The notes under the pieces were generated by a model. That model was not told the origin of the DNA and did no database searches. It saw only the letters and a program-made list of their open reading frames with translations. Positions 43,636 through 53,733 of a DNA stretch of 64,000 nucleotides are shown piece by piece. Position numbers and translations under genes: made by a program. Origin of the DNA: Vicinamibacterales bacterium (GTDB lineage: Bacteria > Acidobacteriota > Vicinamibacteria > Vicinamibacterales > UBA8438); NCBI GenBank assembly GCA_963662965.1, contig OY759970.1, positions 3,649,204-3,713,203 on the forward strand, in the 5' to 3' direction. Each line of letters begins with the position of its first letter. Position 1 is the first letter of the stretch.

Positions 43636-44066
43636 GCCCTCCCGCCGATCGGCCGGCCGTCCGCCTGCCGGGCTGCGCGCGCGCGAGCAATCGGGGCCTC
43701 CTCCGCCTCTCTCGGCCGAGGCCTGGGACGCCCTGGCGACCCTAGCCACCCAACAGGCCGACCAGTCCCGCCAACCTACCGGGGCCGGCACCTCGCGCCG
43801 GTCGAGTCACCCGGATGCCGGCACCACTGCGGATACACCCGGAGCGTGAAGGCGATCCGGGCTTTTTTGGGTGAGGGTGTTGCCGGAGCGATAACAGCCG
43901 TTGCCCGGGAACCCTGAGGAAAATCCGACGGTTAGTGTCCATCCCCCCTTGATTCCCTCATTCTCTGGTCGGTTCGCCCGTTTTTTCAGTCCTTCTAATC
44001 CGAAGATGAACAGGCCACCGGCCTGTACGTACTTGAAAGTTTGTAACTACTTGATCAGTACTACTT

Positions 44067-44163
44067 GTACGTGGTGCCCATGTTTAACCGATAGTTTTAC
44101 CCAGCCAGTACCCCTGTTTAACCGATAGGTCGGCCGTACGTGGTACCCCTGTTTAACCGATGG
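44067..44163. repeat. Three iteron-like direct repeats in an AT-rich tract
   Basis: TGTTTAACCGAT at 44081, 44115, 44150 with GTRCCCM flanks. Confidence 0.8.
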
Positions 44164-44206
44164 AAAACTTCTAAAACCACAGACTTTTGTGGAAATCTCT
44201 GGTCGA

Positions 44207-45643
44207 GGCGAGTCAAGCCCATTCCTAGTTGAAACTCTCCGCGGCTCCTGATTGCTTACGCGGCTTTCTTCGTCGACGTCGTCGTGTCGATCTTCAGCTC
44301 TCGCTTCAATGCGTCACGAAGCCTGGGCAGGTGCCGGTAGCCCATCACCTTGCGCAGGCGTGGCTCGATGTCCAGGAGCGCAGTGGCCAGCCAGCGATGG
44401 CGTTGACTCGAGTTCTGCCAGTGATCGACCTTCGCACAGCGCTCCTCAATGAGCGCGTTGATGGACTCGAGGCCATTCGTCGTCTTCAGCGACCGGCCCA
44501 GCACACCGTACACCCCGAGGCGATGCAACGTCAGGGTCTCGTCGAGGCCTTCCGCCAGACTGCCGGCCGCGGATTGGTTCCGATCCTCCAGCTCATGCTG
44601 GAGCGACTGGAGGGCGGCGAGGGCCTCGTCGTACTCCGGACGGTTGTAGGCGCGCTGGAGACGCTGCCGCCACACCGGCTGCTCACGCTTGGCCACGTCA
44701 CTCACCACGTTCTCGCGCTTGTGCCACTGACACCGTTGCACTAGGGCGCGGTGGCGGAAAGCGTGTCGCACAGCCGCCCGGAGCCCCTTGCCGCCATCCA
44801 CGATCACCAGCAGCCCCTGGGAAACATCGAGGCCCCGCTCGACCAAGGACCGGAGGAACGGGGTCAACACCTGCTCGTTCTCGGTGCCCGTCTCGACGAA
44901 GCCCAGGAACCGTTTGTCCCCCGTCATCGTGATGCCCAGCGCGACGACCATCGTCGACTCGGCGAACGTCTTGCCGTCCAGCACCAGGGCCACAACGTCC
45001 TCCCCGGAGAGGTCCCGCTCCTGGAGTTCGCGGAATTTCGTCGCGCTGGCCTGAATGAACGCACGGGACACCGTCGACCCCGACAGGCCGATCGCCCCGG
45101 GAATCGCCTCGGCGGCCGCCGCGTAGTTGCGGCACGAGATCCCATACAGCACGCGCCGCAGCAACAGGTCATTGACGGCGCGATCGCCATGCAGCGCCTC
45201 GTACGACCGCAGTGGAATCTCGCGCTCCGTGACATGGCGAATCCGGGGCACGCGAATCGGCACGCGCTGGCCGGCCAACCCGACCGTCCCGGGGTTGCTG
45301 CCATGACGGCGCCCGCCGACTGACGGGGCTTTGCGGGCGTAGCGCTCGCCAGCCAACGCTGTCACTTCCTCGTCGAGCAACTCCTCGATGTGCATCAAGC
45401 CCAGCGGAACCAACGACCGGATCAACTCCACCTTGGCATCGACCTCCAGTTCGGCGTACTCCTCTCGGTCGATGACGTCGACCGCGCCCAACGTGTGACC
45501 TTTCTTGCGCTTCCTGACCGATCGTAGGACACTGCTCATCTCGGCTCCTTTCTCTCGTGGGCTGATGTCCGTCTTCTCAAACGTCATCAAACCACAGGGT
45601 TTGGAGCCGCTTCAATTTCCAACTAAGTTTCGCTCACACTCTC
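44207..45643 (-). mobile_element. IS256 family element; transposase 45539-44256
   Basis: VLDGK, IVDGGKGL, QRCQWHKREN, TTNGLES; imperfect IRs, ends approximate. Confidence 0.88.
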
Positions 45644-48303
45644 TCGAGCATCACTCTAAACGCATAGTCCCCATCATTCAGTGCGATAGTGTCTATCAAG
45701 TTCCACTGGGCGTCAAAAACAGAAATGAAACTCGGACCGAGTTCCCTATACTCCTCTCCAGGGGGGCGGATCGAGTTACTTACGCAGGCATCTGCCCCGC
45801 TGACTATTGATCCGTGGATGCCCGGAGCGATCTCCTGGGTATAGCCCACGCGACGTCCCCCCCATTTTGAGTAGCACTTCGGTTGAGAGTCCGATCATCC
45901 GGAAAGGGAGATCGGACGTGAAGAAGCGATTTACGGAAGCGCAGATCATCGGGTTCCTGCGGGAGACCGAGGCAGGCCTCCCGGTGAAGGACCTGTGCCG
46001 CCGGCACGGCTTCTCGGAGGCCAGTTACTACCTCTGGCGGAGCAAGTTCGGCGGGATGAGCGTCTCGGACGCGAAGCGCCTGAAAGAGCTTGAAACCGAA
46101 AACGGCCGGCTCAAGAAGCTCTTGGCGGAATCGCAGCTCGAGATCGAGGTGACCCGCGAGGTGCTGCGAAAAAAATGGTGACCGCACCGGTTCGACGGGA
46201 GGTGGTGCGGGAGATGGTCGCGCGGGGCCTCAGCGAGCGCAGGGCCCTGACCGTGGGGCAGATGAGCGCGTCGGCCTTCCGGTACGTGCCAAGGCCCGAT
46301 GGCAATGCGGTCGTCCGGGATCGGATCGTTGACCTGGCGCAGCGACATCGACGCTATGGGGCCGGGATGATCTATCTGAAGCTGCGGCAGGCCGGCCACG
46401 TCATCAATCACAAACGGGTCGATCGCCTGTACACGGAGGCCCGGCTCCAGTTGAAGCGCCGTCGACGCAAGAAGATCCCGAGAGCCGACCGCCAGCCACT
46501 GGTGCGCCCCGAGCGTCGCAACCAGGTCTGGTCCGCGGACTTCGTCTTCGATCGCACGGCGGATGGGCGGGTCATGAAGTGCCTGACCATTGTCGACGAC
46601 GCCACCCATGAGGCCGTGGCGATCGTCCCGGCGCGGGCCTTCGGGGGACTGCCGGTCACCCGCGTCCTGGACCGCCTGGCGATCACCAGTGGACTTCCGC
46701 AGATTCTCCGCACGGACAACGGGAAGGAGTTCTGCGGTCGCGCGATGCTCACATGGGCGCACACGCAGGGGCTGACCCTGCGTCTCATTGAACCCGGCAA
46801 GCCGAACCAGAACGCCTACATCGAGTCCTTCAACGGGCGCTTCCGCGACGAATGCCTGAACGAACACTGGTTTACGACCCTGGCCCACGCCCAGGCCCTG
46901 ATCGAAGCGTGGCGCTGTGAATACAACGAGGAGCGACCGAAGAAGGGTTTGGGCGGGCTGACGCCAGCCCTCTACGCGAAGCAACTGGCCGCGGAAAGCA
47001 GTACAGTCACCCCCGGACTCTAAAGCCGACCGCTACTCAAGGCGGGGGGACGTCGCACGACCCACAGATGATGCTCTTCGTTCCAATCTGCCCCAGTGGG
47101 GAAGTAGACATCCAGATCAGCGTCAGTGATTACACGAGTTGAACCTTGAATCAAGCTCAGGTCATCTGCTTTGATTGTGAAGGTGTGGATATTGGACGGA
47201 TCCGAGTTTCCGTAGTCCTTATTGGGGCTGAAAATTTGCAGCCGGTCTTCAAGCGTGCCCATTGTGCCTTGAGGTAGATGCACGATCGACGTCCCAGTAA
47301 CAAAGGGGCCACCCTCAGGCTGGACGACTGCCTCTCCAACCACCTCAAGGCTTGCGTTCAGCTTGTAGAGTTGAGCACCCCAATCCGAAGGTCCACCGAC
47401 CATGGGCTGATTGAAGAATTGCACGTACAGATAGGTGCCGTCGTTCGCAAACCCCATGTCCAAAAGGCGGTCCTCCAGGCGCTCGTCGCCTACTCGCGAA
47501 AGGCTCCCGTCGTCGAAAAGGTCGTCGAGGGGATTAAAGGATGTATCGAATCGAAGAATTCGGCCTTCCACCTCGCCTGGAACCGTCGTGACCATGAAGA
47601 TGGTGTCATTCATGACAGTGAATTTGTGATCGCCTAGATCTCCGGCGGTCTGCTGGGTGGGCCGAAATATGCTCCCCGCCACGGTGACATCGATGACCTG
47701 GCTTTCGGCACGCACTGGTACCAACTCACGGTTGAGTTCCTGAAAGTAGAGAGACTTCCCTTGACAGAATTCATCGAACCCCGCGAGTTGGTATGTGATG
47801 AGCACCCGATCCTCCCCTACGAGCATTACGTCAGCAAAGACAGCGCGGCCTCGGTCGGCGGTATGGAGAGGTCGTACAGGACCCACTCGGTTGATCTCGA
47901 CGACGCTCCCCCCGTGGCCGAGAGTGGGGACTGGCGGTAGTATCGGCTTGATCACCTTGCGTTGGGCGACGACACGTTCGCGCTCCTCTCTAATCACTTC
48001 CTCGACTGTCAGTTGGAACCACTTGTCGACCAACGCCTGGCCCTGTGGGGTGTCAAGGCCGGCACCGTACCTGGTTCCGAGGCTGTATTGCGACGCGGCA
48101 TCCCGCTCCTCTCCACGCACACGTACGTAGGCAAACTCTTCGGCCGTTAGTTCCTGCTGCACGTAGATCGGCACACTGCACGCTGTGATGGCAACCGTGA
48201 CCGCGATGAAGCGTACGTCGCGACCGGGCATAGACTTCCTTCCTTCGCCGATCTTGCCTGTGACCTCGTAGACGCCGAGCCGGGTGCCGGGACCGAGGGA
48301 CAT
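45644..48303 (-). pseudogene. Chimeric secreted protein (kinase N-terminal stub + degenerate Sel1 + beta-rich domain), split by IS3 and cut by IS256
   Basis: MSLGPGTRLGVYEVTGKIGEG; DAASQYSLGTRY..WFQL; HLWVV|GYTQ rejoined in frame across the IS. Confidence 0.7.
45851..47055 (+). mobile_element. IS3 family (IS407 group); orfA 45918-46181, orfB 46175-47023
   Basis: IR CGACGTCCCCCC; 4-bp TSD CACG; KRFTEAQII, WSADFV, TDNGKEF, IESFNGRFRDECLN. Confidence 0.95.
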
Positions 48304-48346
48304 GGTGCGGCCCTCATCCTACCGCTGGCTGGCAGGGGGTTCAATG

Positions 48347-48413
48347 CGCGGCGCGGCGGGCGGTTCAACGGGGACGGGGGCTAGTTACGTGGGTGCGCGG
48401 CGTCCCACTCACG
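48347..48413. repeat. Complete copy of the GCGCGGCG-CGGTTCAACGG-GCGCGGCG site
   Basis: Left half matches 51401-51424; right half matches 50780-50833. Confidence 0.8.
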
Positions 48414-48449
48414 CGACAGCTTCTGGCCTTCGGCGCGTTGCTGCGAGGT
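48381..48449 (-). pseudogene. C-terminal tail of a Sel1-repeat protein
   Basis: TSQQRAEGQKLSREWDAAHPRN*. Confidence 0.55.
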
Positions 48450-48547
48450 CTCACCCTGCACGTTCCTATTCACACACGGTACCGTCATTGTCGCGGTCGG
48501 TCATATAGCGATACGCGGGGTGGCCACGCCTCACGCGGGCGCGCGGT

Positions 48548-48790
48548 TTGACGACCTAACTGACGACCTAGCGAATGGACATCGCTGGATGCGCGTGGAC
48601 CCTGCGGACAGCAACGCCCAGAGAACCGGACGTTGTATGCCCGGATGGACACCGTCGGACGGGTTAGCGTCGAACTCTTAATCTGCGGGTTCCCGGTTCG
48701 AGTCCGGGGCGGCTCACCACTTTTTCCTAACACAATCGGCAAACCGTGCGGGTGCGACAGGCATCCGTCCCTCCAGAATGCCGGTGTGTT
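48548..48790 (+). other. att junction: integrase arm-type repeats + duplicated 3' half of tRNA-Lys and its downstream flank
   Basis: TGACGACCTA x2 (12-bp period); 48674-48790 is an inverted copy of about 51482-51599. Confidence 0.8.
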
Positions 48791-48833
48791 CCAAATCACT
48801 GGGCCTTGTCGCTCAGGAGCCGACGCGCGCCGT

Positions 48834-49826
48834 TTACGGCGTCAGAAAGCCCTTTGGCATCTTGGCCGCAATTGTGAAGTGCGGGTCGACGACCTGGACG
48901 ACCTCGTATTCCATCGCGTGCCCCATGAGGAGCGACGACCCTCGTTCGTCGTACCCGTAGTCGGCCATCAGCCATCGCTGCAGCTCCGTGGTCGCATGCT
49001 GGAGAGCTTGGAGAAGTGGTCGGGCGCTTCCCAGGACAATGATGGCGTCCTCGGTTTCGATTCGCGGCCACCCGATCTGGCTGTCCTTGATCAGGTCGAC
49101 GGAGAACTCGACATCCATCGAGACCTCGAGCGCGTTGCCGAGCACCTCACCCTCGCCCTGGCGCACGTGACCGTCACCGATGAAGAGCAGCGCGCCAGGT
49201 TCAAAGACCGGCAACATCACGCTCACACCAGCGACCATCCCGAAGTAGTCGAGGTTGCCGCCGAACTCCCCGGGGGTCGCCGTCCACACCGCTTCTTTGC
49301 GCGGCGGCGCGACGCCGACGCACCCGAGCATCGGCCTGAACGGAATCTCGATCCCCTGGTCCCGCAACGCGGGCGTCGACGGTCTCGCCACACGGGCCAC
49401 GGTGTCCACGTCCCACCGCTCTGACTGCCGCTCCCGTTCGCCCTGGTAGCGCAGGAACGACGGGTCCGCTGCGTACGGTGCCAGCACGGTGCTGGAGAAC
49501 GCCCAGTCGCGGTTTGGCTCGATCCTCTCAAGTCGTACGACGAGGACATCGCCCGGTTCCGCTCCCTCGACGTAGAACGGGCCGATCTGCGGGTTGGGTC
49601 CCTGGGCGACCTGGTCCCCGTTCCAGTCCCCTCCCGCGGCATCGATCGTCTTCGTGACGACGCGATCGCCAGGTCTAATACGAAGCGCCGGCGGATGCGC
49701 AAAGGAGAAGGTGTTGTAGTACTCGGTGGCCTCGAACTGGTGCGTCGTCTGCGCCGATAACGGCGCGCAGACAGCGGTCACCGCGAGCGCCGCGAGGAGT
49801 CGGTGCGCGTCGGTCGGACGGATCAT
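48834..49826 (-). CDS. Acetamidase/formamidase family protein
   Basis: GPFYVEGAEPGD, PMLGCVGVAP, FGGNLD, IGDGHVRQGEGEV. Confidence 0.9.
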   Translation of the reverse strand: MIRPTDAHRLLAALAVTAVCAPLSAQTTHQFEATEYYNTFSFAHPPALRIRPGDRVVTKTIDAAGGDWNGDQVAQGPNPQIGPFYVEGAEPGDVLVVRLERIEPNRDWAFSSTVLAPYAADPSFLRYQGERERQSERWDVDTVARVARPSTPALRDQGIEIPFRPMLGCVGVAPPRKEAVWTATPGEFGGNLDYFGMVAGVSVMLPVFEPGALLFIGDGHVRQGEGEVLGNALEVSMDVEFSVDLIKDSQIGWPRIETEDAIIVLGSARPLLQALQHATTELQRWLMADYGYDERGSSLLMGHAMEYEVVQVVDPHFTIAAKMPKGFLTP

Positions 49827-50089
49827 GAGGCTCGCTCCTATCAGCCGCGTCGTCGTGCCAGAGACGGGAACCCACGCTCAGGACCACTGGCCGCCTCGGA
49901 GTTGTGGGATCGACGAGTCGGTGGGATTATAGCGACCTCTCAGACCGATTCAGGCAGGAGGCCGGACATGCATCCGCCTATCGATCGTACTCTGCTCCAG
50001 CGCCTGGCTGCGGCCGCGGCGATTGACGCTCCGCATAGGGCGCGGTGGCGGTCAGTGGCGTGGACGAAGCTGACCGAGAATACTATTCG

Positions 50090-50647
50090 TTCCTCGCACG
50101 CGTACTCGTAGAGCGGCTCCTCGTTCCGCGTCATCAGCACCTCGGCGGTCCAGGGCCCCGTCCAGGTCGTCGGGTCGCTGACGGTGAACTCATACAGGAG
50201 GGTGTCGGCGTCGACCCGCGTGAACCGCTCGACCAGATGCAGGTTGGCGCTCGATCCCCCGAGGGAGGTCTCGCGCAGGAAATTCCGCGTCTCGACGACC
50301 AGCGTGTCGCCGTCCCAGCTCGCCCGCGAGTCGCCGACCCACTGGCGGAGGTCGGCCGGTAGGTGCGAGCGCCCGTCCAGCGGGATGATGCGCGCGTTGT
50401 GGACCATCTCGTTGAGGATGACCACGTGGTCGGCTGTCTGGAACAGCTGCATGTTGTTGTTGTAGGCGCTCGGCGTCATCGGTGGCCCCGAGTTGAAGCC
50501 GAGCAGGCAGCGCTCAGAGATACCGCGATCCTCGGGGCCATGCGCATGCCGTCCCTGCAGGATTCGCTGCAGTTCCCTGCGGGCTTCGACCTTCGGCCGT
50601 ACGGCAGGAATGCGCCCATTTGGCGGATCGACGACAAGTGACGTCCG
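50090..50647 (-). pseudogene. Internal/C-terminal fragment of the same secreted family as 11679-11903
   Basis: RTSLVVDPPNGRIP, ERCLLGFNSGPPM, WVGDSRASWDGDTLVVET, YEYACEE. Confidence 0.7.
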
Positions 50648-50833
50648 CTGCTCGGCGAGCGGTTCAACGGGGAGGGCTTGGATGCATCCCGTAGAGGACG
50701 AGGACGCACCCTCCGTCTGCGAGCCGGAGGGTGCAATGCGGGGGTAACTACTGACTTTTGTAACGGGTTACAAAAGTGACGGTTCAACGGGGACGGGGTT
50801 TAGTCACGCGGGCGCGCGGCGTACCGCCCCACG
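50645..50833. repeat. Two CGGTTCAACGG sites 120 bp apart enclosing a hairpin and a perfect palindrome
   Basis: Cores at 50660 and 50780; ACTTTTGTAAC-gg-GTTACAAAAGT at 50754-50777. Confidence 0.8.
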
Positions 50834-51346
50834 AATCTTTCCTTCCCAGTCTCGAGGTCCTCGATAGACATCGAGGCCATTCTCGTGGCGTAGAAATTCT
50901 AGAAGCTCTGATACTCGCCCTGTTTCGACAGACTTAAACTCGGCGCTTAGCGAACTGTCGTAGTCCCATCCATCGGGTGTTACGAGTTCCTGTATCTTGC
51001 TACCTGTCAGTCGGCAACCCATGAACATCTTGTGGTTATCGCCTCCGAGCGGTCCTCGCCAGCACTCAGCCCAATCACACGGGACCAGAAGGCCACTCTG
51101 CTGATCGGCCACAACGAGGTCTACTGCTTTTCCGTCCTCTTGATACTTAATACCGTGAATGGCGAGGGCATCCTCAAAAGCTTCAACATCGTCTGGTGTC
51201 ATGAACCCGACTCGAATCAGTTCGCCATCAGCACACAGCGTTCGATTCGGCGGATCCGCCTCGAATGCCTCCCAGCCACCGGGATAGCGTTCGACAACGG
51301 TTGTTGCCTTGATGACAACCGATAAGGCTTCGATTAGGACCGCCAT
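50804..51346 (-). CDS. Hypothetical protein (lower-GC, cassette-like; possible frameshift near the 3' end)
   Basis: MAVLIEALSVVI...LCADGELIRVGFM; bounded by GCGCGGCG at 50814 and 51404. Confidence 0.65.
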   Translation of the reverse strand: MAVLIEALSVVIKATTVVERYPGGWEAFEADPPNRTLCADGELIRVGFMTPDDVEAFEDALAIHGIKYQEDGKAVDLVVADQQSGLLVPCDWAECWRGPLGGDNHKMFMGCRLTGSKIQELVTPDGWDYDSSLSAEFKSVETGRVSELLEFLRHENGLDVYRGPRDWEGKIRGAVRRAPA

Positions 51347-51552
51347 GGCCAACTCAGTTTCTCCGAACACAACACCGAACGGCGAGCTGTCTAGCCTGCC
51401 GCGGCGCGGCGGGCGGTCCAACGGTGGTGACTTTCGCCCCTCTGTACGCAGAGTAAAACCCGAACATTGGAACATTATTGAAACACACCGGTATTCTGGA
51501 GGGACGGATGCCTGTCGCACCCGCACGGTTTGCCGATTGTGTTAGGAAAAAG

Positions 51553-51628
51553 TGGTGAGCCGCCCCGGACTCGAACCGGGAACCCGCAGATTAAGAGTCT
51601 GCTGCTCTGCCAGTTGAGCTAGCGGCCC
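51553..51628 (-). tRNA. tRNA-Lys(CTT)
   Basis: 76-nt cloverleaf, loop CT-CTT-AA, GTTCGAGTC, CCA end. Confidence 0.97.
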
Positions 51629-51790
51629 ACTCGAGAGTGGCTGGTACGCCGACATCATCCATCGCCGCCGCCGCCAAATCATAGGGGCGTACCGGCCGGG
51701 AGGTCAACAGGATCAGCGGCGGCGATCGCGTGAAACAGCGGCTAACGTTAGTGACGTTGTCGCAACGCGTCGCGGGTTGACGGGAGTGCA

Positions 51791-51867
51791 TGGCGCGCCC
51801 GGCAGGATTCGAACCTGCGGCCTTTCGCTCCGGAGGCGAACGCTCTATCCAGCTGAGCTACGGGCGC
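51791..51867 (-). tRNA. tRNA-Arg(CCG)
   Basis: 77 nt, loop CT-CCG-GA, CCA end. Confidence 0.97.
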
Positions 51868-51873
51868 TCTGGT

Positions 51874-51950
51874 TGGCGCGCCCGGAGGGATTTGAACCCC
51901 CGACCTACGGGTTCGAAGCCCGGCGCTCTATCCAGCTGAGCTACAGGCGC
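51874..51950 (-). tRNA. tRNA-Arg(TCG)
   Basis: 77 nt, loop CT-TCG-AA, CCA end. Confidence 0.93.
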
Positions 51951-51978
51951 GCGAGCGGAGATCTTAACACGCGGGCGT

Positions 51979-53578
51979 TTATTCCTCGTACGCGAACGCC
52001 GCTTCGAGTCGCGCCGGTTTGGTCGTCCTGAGCGCGGCCCAGAGGTCGCCGACCTGTTCGAGCCGCGTGAAGATGGACCGCAGCGTGAAGTCGTGCGGCG
52101 CGAGTCCCGCCTTGATACCCTCGTGCACCTCGGTCCAGGTGAGTGGTGTCGAGACATCGGCGAACGGGCTTGCGCGTGCGCTATAGGCACAGGCGAACGT
52201 CTTGCCATAGATGTTCTGCAGGTAGTCGATGTAGACGACGTCGTCGCGCCGCTTCTTGACCATCCGCTCCACCATTGCCACCTTCGGATGCTGCGTCGCC
52301 ACGACGGTGGCGACGATCTGGCAGAAGATCAGCCCGGCGTCGTAGGGGGTGGCGGGCGGGAGGGGAATGAAAATGTGCACGCCCTCCGACCCGGAGGTCT
52401 TGGCGAAACTGGGCACGCTGAGTCGCTCGAGCTCGTCGTGGACCCAGCAGGCGACATCCAACACGTTGTCGAACGTCGCCTTCGGCATCGGGTCGAGGTC
52501 GAGCGCCACCATGTCGACCGCCTCGATCTCGGGCAGCGTCAAGAACCATGGATCTTGTGAGATGACGGCGAGCTGCGCCATGTAGAGGAGGGTTTGGAGC
52601 GCGCCGCCGACGAGGTAGGGCACGCCCGAGTCTGGCTTCTCGGCGTTCTCGCGAACGACCGAGACGCGGAGGCCGTCTGGAATCGGGTCGGGCGCCCGGT
52701 GTTGATAGAACGACTTGCCGGTGACGCCGTTGGGAAAGCGTTTCATGACAAGCGGTCGGTTCGCGACCACCGGTAACAGGTAGGGCGCCATCCGCAGGTA
52801 GAAGCGGACGAGGTCGCCTTTGGTGATCCCGGGCTCGGGCCAGAAGAGCTTGTGCAGATTCCCCACCGGCAAACGCGCGCCGTTGGTCAGTTCGAGGATC
52901 TCCCGCCGCTTGCGTTTCTCCAGGTCGTCGAGCTGCGTGAGCAGGTCGTCGAGCGCCGCCCCAGAGTTTCTTCCGGGCCGACCGAGTGGCTCGGCGTTTC
53001 TTGGGCGGTGCGTCTCGGTCCTGGGTGGGGCGGTGATCCGGCCGGCGGACGTCAACCGGACGCACATCGTCGCGCAGGCCGTGATAAACCGGGTTGCGCA
53101 AGACGCCGTCGAGGGTCCACTGGGTGAAGGTGGTCCGCGAGACCAGCACCGGCTTGACCCACCGACGCGGCTCGGTCGGCTTTCCGCTGGGAAGATCAGC
53201 GAACGGTGATTCGTCGACCGCGATCGGGACGAGCAACGACGCGATACGATCGAGCTCAGCCTCGGTGAATCCAGACCCGACTTGGCCGGCGAAGATCAGC
53301 TTCTCCCGGCGCGATCGCCGAGCGGCGCGACGAGTTCGGGAAACTGCTCCGTCTTGTCCCGTCCCAGCCGCGAGTAGATGACCGGCGGATTCCCGCCGTC
53401 GAGCGCCACAAGGGCACGTATCCCGTCGTATTTTGGTTCGAACACCAGCGGTCGACTTGGCGAGAAGGCTGGCGTGGGTGCTCGGGGGGGCGAGCACGGC
53501 GAGCATCGGACGGACCTCACGCGGATCGCCACGCCACGCTTTGGTGGCCGGCCGTTTCGGTGCCTTCGCTTTGTCCAC
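51979..53578 (-). pseudogene. ligD: NHEJ DNA ligase D; ligase domain deleted/frameshifted, polymerase domain open
   Basis: FEPKYDGIRA, YSRLG, GQVGSGF in different frames; KRFPNG, LDLDP, KTSGSEGVH, YIDYLQN. Confidence 0.88.
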
Positions 53579-53733
53579 GGGAGTATCAGGATATAGGGGA
53601 GACGTGTGCAGATTCGTGCAGATCGCCGACCGGCCGCACCGTCGGTCCGATAATCTGGTGGAGCGCTCGCTGACGAGAAGACCCGCCCACTAAGAGGAAC
53701 TGGCGCGCAACGACGCGACAAGGAGTTCCAACC

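Noticed and set aside
44067-44163. CRISPR array
   Set aside because: Only three short repeats with a 34-35 bp period, leaving no room for spacers; no cas genes
48363-48443. Canonical integron attC (GTTCAAC ... GTTGCTG)
   Set aside because: R' does not fit GTTRRRY, L boxes are not clear, neighbouring genes point the wrong way and no intI is present
48640-48719. Second functional tRNA-Lys
   Set aside because: The 5' half (acceptor strand, D arm) is missing; it is an att duplicate
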